From Spirochaetia bacterium (GTDB taxonomy: Bacteria > Spirochaetota > Spirochaetia > SZUA-6 > Bin103), in contig OZ241863.1 in assembly GCA_965203055.1 (NCBI GenBank), forward strand, positions 832,001-896,000: a stretch of 64,000 nucleotides of DNA. The letters run 5' to 3'. A program made the translations under genes and the position numbers. Shown in pieces: positions 10,516 through 20,585 of this stretch. The notes beneath the pieces were generated by a model. The model was not told the origin of the DNA. It did no database searches and saw only the letters and a program-made list of their open reading frames with translations. Each line of letters opens with the position of its first letter. The first letter of the stretch is position 1.

Positions 10516-12219
10516 TCAATTGAACCTGAGCCCGAACAGGCCGCCGGTGTCGGTCGCGTCCGTCAACCTCGTGCCGACCACGTACCGCTCCACGTCAAAT
10601 CCTTTCGAGAAACCCTCCCGCGGCATGGTATCGGAGTTCAGGGTAACGATGTATTGAAATCCCGCGCGGTCGGCTCGCTCGGCGCCGAGCTGCAGCGCCT
10701 TCGCAACCTGACGCTCGTCGACGCCGTCGAACAGATGGCTATCGTGGATGAGGAACCCGGGCGATCGGCCGCGCCGCGCACCCAGCTCCGCCAGCATGAG
10801 ATCGAAGCAGAATATCTGCATGTTGGTAATTCCCTTGCTGCGTTCCGCGTCGATATGCACCTCGAATTTCGGGCCGGATGGAGTATCGGCTATCGTCAAA
10901 CTTCCGGCCCGTTCATACAGCGATTCGGACAAGCTCTCGAACTGCAGAATCGCTTCGCGCACGATCTCCCCGCGCTCTCTGATATCATCGCGGAGAACTT
11001 GAACCAGCCGCGCTCGTTCCAGATCCTGTTCTGTCTTCGTGCGTTCCATCCGCTCGGCGAGCTCGAGGCGTTCTCGAAGTGACTCGCTTTGCGCTTCGAT
11101 CCGGCCGAGCTCCTCGCGCAAATCGGTGTAATGCTCCAGCGCTCCTCCGGACCGGAGTATCTCCATGACCTGGCGGCGCCGCTGATCGAGTTGCGCTTGC
11201 CGCGCGTCGCGCTCGCCGATTCGGCCTTCGGCGCTCTCGATCTCTGCCCGGAGATGTGAGCGCCGGTTCTCGACGACGGTCCGATGGAATCGATCCACCT
11301 GCTCAAGACGCCGGCGCGGCAGGTCCGGAAGTACGATACCAGCCTCCTCGTAGAGCTTGACGACGTCCCGATGGTCCGGCGCGTCCTCCTCCTCCAACGA
11401 GGACCGAAGCTCGCGAGTCAGCTCTCGATCGGCCACGTTCTCTATGCTCAGTTCACTGATCTCCGCAGTGATCCGATCGGCCTCGCGCTGCAGATCCTGG
11501 TATTCGGGGACAACTCGAAAATCACCAAGGCGGTCGCGCAGGCGAGATCCGTGCGCCTCGGAGAGCGTAAGACTGGTTCGCAGGTCGGCCGCCCTGCCGA
11601 AATACCGTCCCAGATCGCCGTCCCGGGCAGCTCGGCGAAGCTCCTTGACAACTCTCTCTTGCCCCCTGAGATCCTGAAACCGAGCAGGGACCGTCCAGTC
11701 GAGACCCAGGAGGTAGCATATGGTTACCTGTTGGTCCCATGGCTGCTGTTTGGACGAATGCTGCGTCGGCTGTTGAAAGCCGCCGTCCTGCTGGCGGCGT
11801 ACGACCATCGAGAACAGCGAGCGAAAACTAGGCTTCCATTTTTCCTCGGACTCCTCGGGAAGCCCGAAGCATGATTTACCAAGAATACCCTTCCACTCGG
11901 TATTGGAAAGCTCGTTGCTGTCGACCAGGACCCGACTTGCCTTCGACCCGCGGCGCGCGACGGTCATGGTAGTTCCGCCGATGTCGACCGATCCGGAGAA
12001 CCTGCATTTGCTCAACAGCGGTCCGCGGAATATGCTCTGCAGGCGTACGTCCGCGCCGAACAGAAAATGCACCAGTTCGATGAAGCTGGTCTTCCCTGCG
12101 CCGTTGCGAGATTGGCGGTCGGTGGCGCCTTCGCTCTTGTCCGACAGAATGATGTTCAGCCCCGGTCCGAAGCACAACGTCTTGAACGACCGCAGGTCGC
12201 TAGCCAACCGGTGAATCAT
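10516..12219 (-). CDS. lmuB: ABC-three-component/Lamassu SMC-like ATPase (DUF2326-type)
   Basis: RNGAGKT Walker A; long coiled coil; SKGITNMQIFCFDL and FLIHDSHLFDGVDERQ; true start MIHRL at 12219 overlaps upstream stop (ATGA). Confidence 0.85.
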   Translation of the reverse strand: MIHRLASDLRSFKTLCFGPGLNIILSDKSEGATDRQSRNGAGKTSFIELVHFLFGADVRLQSIFRGPLLSKCRFSGSVDIGGTTMTVARRGSKASRVLVDSNELSNTEWKGILGKSCFGLPEESEEKWKPSFRSLFSMVVRRQQDGGFQQPTQHSSKQQPWDQQVTICYLLGLDWTVPARFQDLRGQERVVKELRRAARDGDLGRYFGRAADLRTSLTLSEAHGSRLRDRLGDFRVVPEYQDLQREADRITAEISELSIENVADRELTRELRSSLEEEDAPDHRDVVKLYEEAGIVLPDLPRRRLEQVDRFHRTVVENRRSHLRAEIESAEGRIGERDARQAQLDQRRRQVMEILRSGGALEHYTDLREELGRIEAQSESLRERLELAERMERTKTEQDLERARLVQVLRDDIRERGEIVREAILQFESLSESLYERAGSLTIADTPSGPKFEVHIDAERSKGITNMQIFCFDLMLAELGARRGRSPGFLIHDSHLFDGVDERQVAKALQLGAERADRAGFQYIVTLNSDTMPREGFSKGFDVERYVVGTRLTDATDTGGLFGLRFN

Positions 12220-12461
12220 CGTGAGGCCCTGCGTATCACGCCGCGCTCGAAGTCGATCGCCCCGATCATGTACAGAAGGTCCAGCGCCAATACGAACCAG
12301 CGGTAATCGAGCACGGCGTTCGAATTCGATGCCGTGCGCCGCAATCGCAGATGGTCCCACAGTCCCGACATGGTCATCGGCTTCGCCAGCCCGGCCAGTA
12401 TGTCGGCGCCAATGCCCAGCAGCGCCCGATCCGGTCGAATGTGCTTGGTAGGAAGGATCAT
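12216..12461 (-). CDS. lmuC: ABC-3C middle component (LmuC-like, 81 aa)
   Basis: MILPTKHI...ALDLLYMIGAI pattern; 4-nt overlaps with both neighbours. Confidence 0.8.
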   Translation of the reverse strand: MILPTKHIRPDRALLGIGADILAGLAKPMTMSGLWDHLRLRRTASNSNAVLDYRWFVLALDLLYMIGAIDFERGVIRRASR

Positions 12462-13357
12462 GAATCGGTCCCAGGATCTTCGAAGATGTCGCAGCGTTCG
12501 AAGAAGTATGACAATACCGCAAGGGCGGCACCTTGACGCTTTGGCTCGCTTCCCGATCCGGCGTACTGCTGCAGATGGGCGAAGATCTCGTCGGGCGATC
12601 GGCCTTGATCCCGCAGACTTGCATACGTGCGGCGGAACGACTCCGCTATTCTTTCCCCCAAATCAGGCCGTGGATGGTTACGGAAATAGGAGTCTACCAG
12701 CGCCTCCTTGCGACGGCCCAAGGAAAGCAGAGCCGACGCTTCGGCGGACAGCTCGTTCTTTTCCAATTTGTCGGGTGATGGTGGCTTGAGAGAGACCTCA
12801 TACGGAGACGGATCCTCTCGTTGCAGGTGGTTGATGACTGGCGGAAGATCGTCCATGATCAGTGTCTCGACGCCGGTCCTGGACGGAGCGGGACCGAAGA
12901 GAGCCGCCTTCGCAGGCAAGTCCAGGCGTTCCGACAATGCGCTGAGTTCGGGCTCGCCCCATATGACTATCTTGACCGAAGGATGGGCGTTCCGCAAGGA
13001 ATCGATATATCGAAATACGTCCGGCGGTAGACCACGCTCATCATTATGGACGAAAGCCCATTCGGTCATCTCATGCCAATTATCGAGGGCACCGCGGAAA
13101 TCCTCGTCGATCTTCCTGGCAAGGCGATCAGCCCTCATTTCATACGGGGCATAACACTGAAATATCGTGCCCGTACTAAGACGGCGGCCGTCGCACTTTA
13201 GGTCGCCACGAGGTCCGTACGGGCGAACCGCTTCAAAGTCGGGGCCGAGAGCATAGCGGGCTAGGCGGACGAACCAGTCCTGAAATTCGACTCCCTTCTT
13301 GGTGCGGAATGCCAACAGAAAGTGAAGTCGATAGAAATCCGCCTGCACTTCATCCAT
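12458..13357 (-). CDS. lmuA: Lamassu/ABC-3C effector: REase-fold N-terminus plus ABC-3C C-terminal domain
   Basis: GDLKCDG...FQCYAP nuclease-like motif; KLEKNEL and YFFERCDIFE C-terminal signature. Confidence 0.78.
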   Translation of the reverse strand: MDEVQADFYRLHFLLAFRTKKGVEFQDWFVRLARYALGPDFEAVRPYGPRGDLKCDGRRLSTGTIFQCYAPYEMRADRLARKIDEDFRGALDNWHEMTEWAFVHNDERGLPPDVFRYIDSLRNAHPSVKIVIWGEPELSALSERLDLPAKAALFGPAPSRTGVETLIMDDLPPVINHLQREDPSPYEVSLKPPSPDKLEKNELSAEASALLSLGRRKEALVDSYFRNHPRPDLGERIAESFRRTYASLRDQGRSPDEIFAHLQQYAGSGSEPKRQGAALAVLSYFFERCDIFEDPGTDS

Positions 13358-13408
13358 CAGATGCACCCTCGCGCCCGAGCCGAAACACGTAGCGGGCGCA
13401 GGCACCCA

Positions 13409-13630
13409 TCACGTGTCTTGGTCCGGGCACCGGAGATGTGCTTTGGTATGATTCTCACCCAGACCGAGCTCGTCGAGATACAGCCTGATCGCGTCGGTGA
13501 CCAGGGCGCGCACCTCGGCCTCGGTCTCCCCAGCCACGCCGATGCCGGGAAGTTCAGGTACGTAGGCGCCGTACGCGCCAGGGCCGTACTGCTCTACCAC
13601 GGCCCGATATTCACTCCGCGCCATTTCCAC
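13409..13630 (-). CDS. hicB: HicB-like antitoxin (short, orphan)
   Basis: YGAYVPELPGIGVAGET motif; CATAAT 6 nt before GTG. Confidence 0.75.
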   Translation of the reverse strand: MEMARSEYRAVVEQYGPGAYGAYVPELPGIGVAGETEAEVRALVTDAIRLYLDELGLGENHTKAHLRCPDQDT

Positions 13631-13754
13631 GACCGGATTATGCTGCTACGTCACCAACGGGTAAACCACGTCCTGCCGGGCGCCCAATGGTCGGACGCCC
13701 GGCAGGGCAGTGGTTTGACAAATCGTCGTTTTGATGCTCAGATATCCGTGATTC

Positions 13755-14962
13755 ATGTGGATCGAACGGCTCATCGGGGAGCGGATCGAGCGGCTGGCGG
13801 CGGCGTTTCCGGCGGTCATCGTGACCGGCGCCCGGCAGACCGGGAAGACCTCGCTCGTCAAGCGGCTGTTCCGGAGCATCGCTACGTCAGCCTCGATCTG
13901 CGGCTGCTGGCCGAGCAGGCCGAGGAGGCGCCGGAGAGCTTTCTGCGCGATCATCCGCCGCCGGTGGTGATCGACGAGGTGCAGTACGCGCCCGGCCTGT
14001 TCCGGCATCTGAAGGTGGCGATCGATGGCGACCGCCGCCGCAAGGGGTCGTTCATCCTGACCGGCTCGCAGAAATTCACCTCGATGCGCGCCGTCAGCGA
14101 CAGCTTGGCCGGCCGGTGCGCGGTGGTCAGCCTGCCCGGCCTGTGCGTGGAGGAGATCCGCGCCGCGGGCCGGCAGCCGGAGACTGCGCCGTCCGGCGAC
14201 CTGCTGGCGCGCGGCGGCTTTCCCGAGCTGTGGGCGGAGCCCGCGATTTCGGCCCGCGAGTTCTATCAGAGCTACGTCAGCACCTACCTGGAGCGCGACC
14301 TGCGGCAGGTCGTCAACGTCGGCAGCCTGCGCGACTTCGAGCGCTTCCTGCGCGCCGGCGCGGTCCGCGCCGGCCAGTTGCTGAACAAGTCCAACCTGGC
14401 GCGCGACGTCGGCGTTGCCCAGACCACCGCGAGCCACTGGTTGTCGGCGCTGGAGGCGGGCAATCAGGTGACCTTGCTGGAACCGTTCTTTGCTAACGTC
14501 GGCAAGCGGCTGGTGAAGGCGCCCAAGCTCTACTTCAACGACACCGGGCTGCTGTGCTTCCTGCTGGGCGTGAACGCCGGCGACCTGGGGCCGTCGCCGC
14601 TCACCGGCGCGATATGGGAAAACTTCGTGTTTACCGAGCTGCGCACGTGGCTCGATCTGGCGCGCCCGGAGTGGTCGTTGTGGTATTACCGCGATCAACA
14701 GAACCGGGAAGCCGACTTCCTCATCCAGGGGCCGTATGAATCGATCCGGCTGCTCGACGCCAAGTGGACCGAGAGCCCGCGCCGGCCGGCGTTCGCGCAA
14801 CTCGACAAGGTCGCCGCGGTGGTCGGGAGCGCGCCGGGCGTGGCCCGCACCGAAGTTGCCATCGCCGGCCGCATGGCGGGCGTCCGCCAACTCGGAGCGA
14901 ACCGGTGCGCCGTGTCGGCCTACGCCATTGCCGACTACCTGCGTCCCCGCGAGAACACGTGA
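13755..14962 (+). pseudogene. AAA_14 ATPase + DUF4143 protein, split by a single-base frameshift near 13870 (real or sequencing error)
   Basis: GARQTGKT in one frame continues as PEHRYVSLD...DEVQ...LTGS...GGFP...KAPKLYFNDTG...EADF in another; adding one C to ttccggag restores the ORF. Confidence 0.8.
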
Positions 14963-15016
14963 ACGAGGGGCCGGTCACCGCGCATGCGGCTTACTTCCAT
15001 GGCGTGTCTCCGTCAT

Positions 15017-16330
15017 CTATTCGGCTTGCTCGACAGGATCGAACGCCGGCGGCGAGGTCGATACGTCGCGCACGTCGATCCTGCCGGCAATCACGTCGGC
15101 AATCAGGCGCGTACGGAATTCGTCCAACAGTGCGATCAGCTTTCGTGTAGCTGCAATTTGATGACGGATGAGTCGTTCGGTGTGGTCGAGGAAGCGAACG
15201 ATCGTGGTCTGTTCGGAAAGAGGCGGGACCGGGAGCGAGCAATTGCCATATTTCTCTCCATTGAGATTTTCGATGGTGGATGAAATCGCGTTTACCCTCA
15301 AGAAGTTGCCGAATGACCGTGTTTTCGTGAACCAGAACAGATACTTGGGCAGCACGACGCTCTTATCCGCTATGAATCGAACCAGGTATCCGGCATATGC
15401 GCACGGACCATGTTTCTTGCTATTGTAGATGAAGGAACGTCCAATGGTGCCACTTCTAGAGATCAGTAGATCTCCGTCCGACAGAATATAGTCCTCTACC
15501 AAATCAGCAGGAACGAACACTCCTTCGTCTCTGAGTTGTCCATCCTCCGTTATGTCGGTAGTCCGGAGAAAACGAACGCCGGCGTCCGCGTACGAACTTG
15601 CCGGCACGTTGGCCCCGTACAGCGCGGATCGAGAGCAGATCGACTTCAATCTGCGCACGGACCAATGCTTCGGAATCGTCCTCAGCCACTCGACACCGGA
15701 AGGTCGGTAGGCTGAGTACGGACGGCCGGTTCGCACCTCTATCTGGCCCGTGACGGCTTGATGGATGATGGCCTGCTTCTGCTCGGCGAGCAGTGCAATC
15801 AGCCTCTGCCTGGCGCGGATGTAGCGCTGGATGCGGTGGTCTGCGTGATCGAGGAAGCGGACAATAGCCTCTTGTTCAGAAAATCTCGGGATCGGCACGA
15901 CTCGCCGATAGGCTTCCTCGCGGTCGAGACCGGGTACCGCCGAATCTCTCGTTACGTCATCCAGCCTTAGCCAGCCAAGAAGAAAATAGAGCCAACGAAT
16001 GTGACCTGACGACCAACAGGGATCGACGAAGAACGTAGTGTCAATGGCGAATACGGGTGTAAGAGAGTAGTTTACCTTTCCAAAGGATCCCTTTCGACCG
16101 ACGATGATACAGGGAGCATTTGTGTTTGCTGCGTAATGAGAACCGACATATCCGTTTGATCCGAACACCGGTACGTTTCCTTTTCGACGATTTTCTTCGC
16201 TGAGAGAATCTCCATAAACCAATCGACAGATCCGCTTGAGACGTAGGACATCCCAATGCGCAGGTACCTTTCCCAGTGCTTCGACACCGGAGTCCTTCAT
16301 GTTCGGGTAGGGCTTGAGGTTGGCGGTCAT
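15017..16330 (-). CDS. hsdS: Type I R-M specificity subunit
   Basis: KDSGVE..GKVPAHW and SGVEWL..IPKHW repeats; two TRDs; PPLSEQ..IVRFLD conserved helices. Confidence 0.93.
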   Translation of the reverse strand: MTANLKPYPNMKDSGVEALGKVPAHWDVLRLKRICRLVYGDSLSEENRRKGNVPVFGSNGYVGSHYAANTNAPCIIVGRKGSFGKVNYSLTPVFAIDTTFFVDPCWSSGHIRWLYFLLGWLRLDDVTRDSAVPGLDREEAYRRVVPIPRFSEQEAIVRFLDHADHRIQRYIRARQRLIALLAEQKQAIIHQAVTGQIEVRTGRPYSAYRPSGVEWLRTIPKHWSVRRLKSICSRSALYGANVPASSYADAGVRFLRTTDITEDGQLRDEGVFVPADLVEDYILSDGDLLISRSGTIGRSFIYNSKKHGPCAYAGYLVRFIADKSVVLPKYLFWFTKTRSFGNFLRVNAISSTIENLNGEKYGNCSLPVPPLSEQTTIVRFLDHTERLIRHQIAATRKLIALLDEFRTRLIADVIAGRIDVRDVSTSPPAFDPVEQAE

Positions 16331-16379
16331 GGCTGAGAACCGCGGCGGTTTCTCATCAAACAAACGATCGGCGGCGGCG

Positions 16380-17759
16380 TCAGCTCGGGGGAACCGGGCC
16401 GGGTCGCTGCGGCAGGGGGTAGCGGGTTCCGGTGATGGCGATGCGGAAGCGGTCGTCCGGGCTGGGCAGAGGATTCATGGCGACGTGCAGCGCCTGGTCC
16501 GGCGGCTGCATTTCCACGTGGAAGTGGCGGAACAGCACCGCGGTGACGACCAGGTACAGGAGGTCGGCGACCGACGCCCCCAGGCAGGTGTGCGGGCCGA
16601 GGCCGTAGGGGCAGTAGACGTTCGGCTGCAGGTGTTCCTTGCGGTCCGCCGCGTAGCGGCCGACGTCGAAGCGTTCCGGGTCGGGAAAGTATTGCGGCAG
16701 GTGATGGGTCACCGTGTTGGCGATGATGCAGTACTCGTCCTTGGGGATCTCGTAGCCTTGGAATTCGAAGGCGGCTATCGACGTACGGGGAAGCGCGGGC
16801 GCCGGCGGGTGCAGGCGCAGAATCTCCATGGCCGCGTGCCTGGTGTGTACCATGGAGCGCAGCGATTCGCGGTCGGGAAAGCCGGCGGCGAACGCCAGAT
16901 CGGCCTCCGCCACGACCGCCCGGCGCAGCTCCGGATCGCGCAGGATGTGGTACAGCAGGAAGGAGGTGGCGCTGGCCGCCGTATCCATGCCGGCGATGAA
17001 CGGGCCGATGAGCGCAGCCACCGCGTCCCGCTCGTTCATCAGCCGCGGATGCTCGGCGTGGAACTTGCGGACCAGGTCGACGAAATCGCCGCCGCTTTCC
17101 AGGTAATCGCGTACGTGATGCTGGTCCCAGATGCGGCGCGCCATCGCGTGCACCGAGCGCTTGGCCGCGGCGTAGCGCGGCAGATACTTCATGGAGGAGG
17201 GCCGTACCCTCTGGATGTGGATCTGCACCAGCGCGCGAAAGAAATAGATCAGATCCTCCATCACTTCCGCCGGTTCCTGGTTCGTGGCCATCAATCCCAG
17301 CACGGACGAAACCAGACGCTTGACATACGGGAACGCGGCGATCGGCGTCCGCACGGGCCAGCTCCGCAGCAGGCCGAACTGGCTCCTGACCAGCTTCTCC
17401 ATCTGCGCGTAGAGCGTCCTGCCGGAGTAGCCCTCCTTGAGGCCGGCGCGCAGGGTGCGATGGTCGGGGCCGTCCAACTCGATGACCGTGGGGTTGTCGC
17501 CGCCAAGCACCTGGTGGATGTCCTGCATCACTTCACCGGAGGCGAACAGGCGATGGCCCTGTCGCTTCATCAGCGCATTCGCTTCGGGACCGGCCAGCAC
17601 CAGCAGACGGCGATTCAGGGCCCGCACGCGGAACACCGGTCCCAACCGCAGATACTGCCTGGTGAGGAAATCGCCCGTCGCCGTCACCATCTGCCGCATG
17701 TTGCCGATGATCGGAGGGCCCGGCGCCATCGGTATGGTCATGGTCGATACTGCCGCCAT
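16380..17759 (-). CDS. Cytochrome P450
   Basis: I-helix AGMDT, K-helix EILR, PERF, heme motif YGLGPHTCLG; TACTAT 8 nt before ATG 17759 (alternative start 17852). Confidence 0.93.
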   Translation of the reverse strand: MAAVSTMTIPMAPGPPIIGNMRQMVTATGDFLTRQYLRLGPVFRVRALNRRLLVLAGPEANALMKRQGHRLFASGEVMQDIHQVLGGDNPTVIELDGPDHRTLRAGLKEGYSGRTLYAQMEKLVRSQFGLLRSWPVRTPIAAFPYVKRLVSSVLGLMATNQEPAEVMEDLIYFFRALVQIHIQRVRPSSMKYLPRYAAAKRSVHAMARRIWDQHHVRDYLESGGDFVDLVRKFHAEHPRLMNERDAVAALIGPFIAGMDTAASATSFLLYHILRDPELRRAVVAEADLAFAAGFPDRESLRSMVHTRHAAMEILRLHPPAPALPRTSIAAFEFQGYEIPKDEYCIIANTVTHHLPQYFPDPERFDVGRYAADRKEHLQPNVYCPYGLGPHTCLGASVADLLYLVVTAVLFRHFHVEMQPPDQALHVAMNPLPSPDDRFRIAITGTRYPLPQRPGPVPPS

Positions 17760-17848
17760 CTGACCGGATAGTACGCACCCCTCGGACTCGGCGACAAGCA
17801 CATCAGCCCGTCGCGGTCGGCTCGCTGGCGGAGTGCCGAGTCGCTCGC

Positions 17849-18184
17849 TCATCGAACGATCCTCCGCTCCCGGATGTCCTGCGCGGTGAACAGACGCTGC
17901 CGGACCGCGTCGATATGCTTCCTCAGAGGCCGGTAAGTTATCCCTTCATAGCTAAAGATACTCACCGACACGGACAGATTGCTCTCGATGAAGAGCGTCC
18001 TCAGGCGATCGATAGCGGCTTCCCTGACTGCTCCATGTATCACCAAGTCGATGTCGGAGTGGCTCCGGTGCTTGCCGGTGGCGCGCGATCCGAACAGATC
18101 GACCTGCGTAATCTCATCGTTGCATTCGGCCAGCACTGTGCGAATCGTTTCGAGATCTGCGTCAGAAATGCCGTGCTCAGCCAT
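17849..18184 (-). CDS. Minimal nucleotidyltransferase (MNT antitoxin)
   Basis: LFGSRATG..SDIDL motif; 111 aa; overlaps HEPN gene. Confidence 0.88.
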   Translation of the reverse strand: MAEHGISDADLETIRTVLAECNDEITQVDLFGSRATGKHRSHSDIDLVIHGAVREAAIDRLRTLFIESNLSVSVSIFSYEGITYRPLRKHIDAVRQRLFTAQDIRERRIVR

Positions 18185-18602
18185 GTTCCGTATCCTTCGC
18201 CATCAGGAAACGGTAGAGAGCTTCCATGCAGCATAGGTAGCGTTCCGCGACATCCTCAATAACGCGGTTGGCGGCCGAAGCGTCATAGGTATGGGACATT
18301 TTGTTGCGAGCGTCGAGCGCATCCATCCACGTCGGTCCATGCTCGGTAAGTTTGGCCTCGTAAGCCTTTCTGATGACGGCTCGAGGCGTGATTTGATCGA
18401 ACGCCACTCCCTCATGTTCCAGATAGTCCTTCATGGCCTTCCACGCCAGCTCCATGGCAACCTCGAATCTCTGAATCGCGCCTTCTTTCTCCAATTGATT
18501 CAGGCCGAACTCGTTCCTTTTGTCCATCGCCTCTCGCAGCAGTATCAGGGCGTTCTTGTAGCTGGCAAACCGATACTTCCAACGCGGCGTGGCATCGGCC
18601 AT
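18177..18602 (-). CDS. HEPN toxin (HI0074-family nucleotidyltransferase substrate-binding subunit)
   Basis: EGAIQRFE..ELAWK and RNKMSHTY (Rx4H) motifs; start MADATPRW at 18602. Confidence 0.88.
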   Translation of the reverse strand: MADATPRWKYRFASYKNALILLREAMDKRNEFGLNQLEKEGAIQRFEVAMELAWKAMKDYLEHEGVAFDQITPRAVIRKAYEAKLTEHGPTWMDALDARNKMSHTYDASAANRVIEDVAERYLCCMEALYRFLMAKDTEHG

Positions 18603-18607
18603 TGGTC

Positions 18608-20581
18608 TCACCTGCCGAGGATTGCGGTGAGCAGTCCGGCGGTCTCCTGTTCGACCGACAGGATGTCGGCGCGGATTTCTTCCAGGGTGCGCGCCGGCGG
18701 CGGCCGGTAGAAGTAGCGGGTGAAGCTGATCTCGTAGCCGATCTTCACGCTGTCGGCCCGGTACCAAGCGTCGGCCGCGTAGGGCAGCACCTCGCGCCGC
18801 AGGAAGGCGTCGATGCCGCCGGCCTCCTGCAGCGGGACCTGTTCGGTGTCGCGCAGGTCGGGGTCGGGTTCGTACTCGACCACCGCCGGCCGGCCCTTGA
18901 CGGTGGCCGCGAACCGGCCGCGCAGCGGGTCGGCGGCCGTGCCCCGCCGGTGAATCTTCCGGATCACCGGCGGCGCGCTCGCGCTGCGTTCGCCGCTCTC
19001 CTTCAGCTTCCTGATCTCGGCGGCCCGGTAGGCGCGGTCGGGGTCGGCGCCGGCGATGCGCAACGGGCGCTCGACCGTCACCTTTCGGTAGCCGAAGGCG
19101 GCGTTGTCGAAGATACGGCTCCGCTCGCTCTCCTCGAACGCCAGGAACGTGTCGCAGATGCGGGCGATGTCCTCCTCGCCTAGCTCGCACGTCTTCTTGC
19201 CCAGGTTCTTGCGCAACGGCCGGTGCCAACCGGTGGCGTCGATCAGCTGCACCTTGCCGCGCCGGCGCTCCGCCTTGCGGTTGCCGAGCACCCACACGTA
19301 GGTGGCGATGCCGGTGTTGTAGAACAGGTTGAGCGGCAGCGCGACGATCGCCTCCAGCCAGTCGTGCTCGATGATCCAGCGGCGGATGTTGCTCTCGCCC
19401 TGCCCGGCGTCGCCGGTGAACAGCGAGCTGCCGTTGTGCACCTCGGCGATGCGGCTGCCGAGCGGGGTGCCGCGCTTCATCTTGGCGAGCTTGTTGGCCA
19501 GGAACAGCATTTGCCCGTCGCTGGAGCGGGTCACCAGCGAGTACTCGGCATCGCCGCCGTGCTCGATCACCAAGCGCGGGTCGCTCATGCCGCCCTTGCC
19601 GCCCATGCGCTCCAGATCGGTCTTCCAGCTCTTGCCGTACGGCGGATTGGAGAGCATGAAGTCGAACTCGTGGGCCGGAAAGGCGTCGTTCGACAGCGTG
19701 GAGTGCTCGGGACCGCCGACGATGTTGTCGGCCGCCTCGCCTTCACCCTTCAGCAGCAGGTCGGCCTTGCAGATGGCGTAGGTCTCGGCGTTGATCTCCT
19801 GCCCGTACAGGTGGGTGGAGACCTCTTTGCCGTGCTCGGCGGCAAGCTGCCGCAGCGTCTCCTCGGCCACGGTCAGCATGCCGCCGGTGCCGCAGGCGCC
19901 GTCGTACAGCAGATAGGTGCCGGAGGTGATGCGGTCGGCGACCGGCAGGAAGATCAGCCTGGCCATCAGCGTCACGGCGTCGCGCGGCGTCCAGTGCTCG
20001 CCCGCCTCCTCGTTGTTCTCCTCGTTGAAGCGGCGCACCAGCTCCTCGAAGATGGTGCCCATGCCGTGGTTGTCGAGGCCGGGCTGCTCGACCGAGCCGT
20101 CGTCGCGGCGCACCGGGGCGGGGCTCAGGTTGACGTCGGAGGCGGTGAGCTTCTCGATCAGCGTGCCGAGCGCGTCGGCGCGTGACAGGCGCGGGATCTG
20201 GTTGCGGAACTCGAAGTTGTCGAGGATGTCCTGCACGTTGGGCGAGAACCCGTCGAGCCACGCCTCGAAGTCGGCGGTGAGTTGCCGGCGGTTGGCGCGG
20301 GCGCGCAGGTCGCGCAACGAGAACGGCGAGGTGTTGTAGAACCCCTGCCCGGCGGCTTGGCGCAACGCCGCGTCCTGCTCGATCACGCCGGCGGCGTCGA
20401 GGGCGGCCTTCATGTCCAGCACCGCCTGCTTGCTGTCCTCCAGCACCGCGTCGAGGCGGCGCAGCACGGTCATCGGCAGGATCACGTCGCGGTACTTGCC
20501 GCGCACGTACAGGTCGCGCAGCACGTCGTCGGCGATGCCCCAGATGTAGTTCGCAATCCAGTTCAGGTCGCCGTTGCTCAT
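18608..20581 (-). CDS. hsdM: Type I R-M m6A methyltransferase
   Basis: IWGIADDVLR start; GEHWTPR; DGACGTGGML; NPPY. Confidence 0.95.
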   Translation of the reverse strand: MSNGDLNWIANYIWGIADDVLRDLYVRGKYRDVILPMTVLRRLDAVLEDSKQAVLDMKAALDAAGVIEQDAALRQAAGQGFYNTSPFSLRDLRARANRRQLTADFEAWLDGFSPNVQDILDNFEFRNQIPRLSRADALGTLIEKLTASDVNLSPAPVRRDDGSVEQPGLDNHGMGTIFEELVRRFNEENNEEAGEHWTPRDAVTLMARLIFLPVADRITSGTYLLYDGACGTGGMLTVAEETLRQLAAEHGKEVSTHLYGQEINAETYAICKADLLLKGEGEAADNIVGGPEHSTLSNDAFPAHEFDFMLSNPPYGKSWKTDLERMGGKGGMSDPRLVIEHGGDAEYSLVTRSSDGQMLFLANKLAKMKRGTPLGSRIAEVHNGSSLFTGDAGQGESNIRRWIIEHDWLEAIVALPLNLFYNTGIATYVWVLGNRKAERRRGKVQLIDATGWHRPLRKNLGKKTCELGEEDIARICDTFLAFEESERSRIFDNAAFGYRKVTVERPLRIAGADPDRAYRAAEIRKLKESGERSASAPPVIRKIHRRGTAADPLRGRFAATVKGRPAVVEYEPDPDLRDTEQVPLQEAGGIDAFLRREVLPYAADAWYRADSVKIGYEISFTRYFYRPPPARTLEEIRADILSVEQETAGLLTAILGR

Positions 20582-20585
20582 TGAC

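Noticed and set aside
6765..10523. 1252-aa plus-strand ORF
   Set aside because: Mostly the antisense shadow of hsdR (and off-frame over the aldolase) in high-GC DNA; no motifs.
12220..12624. N-terminal 135 aa of the 702-aa ORF call
   Set aside because: Overlaps lmuC and lmuA in other frames; the real start is ATG 12219.
16345..17862. Possible direct repeat flanking the P450 (GATCGTT..ATGAG on the minus strand)
   Set aside because: Only short gapped similarity; not distinguishable from chance by eye.
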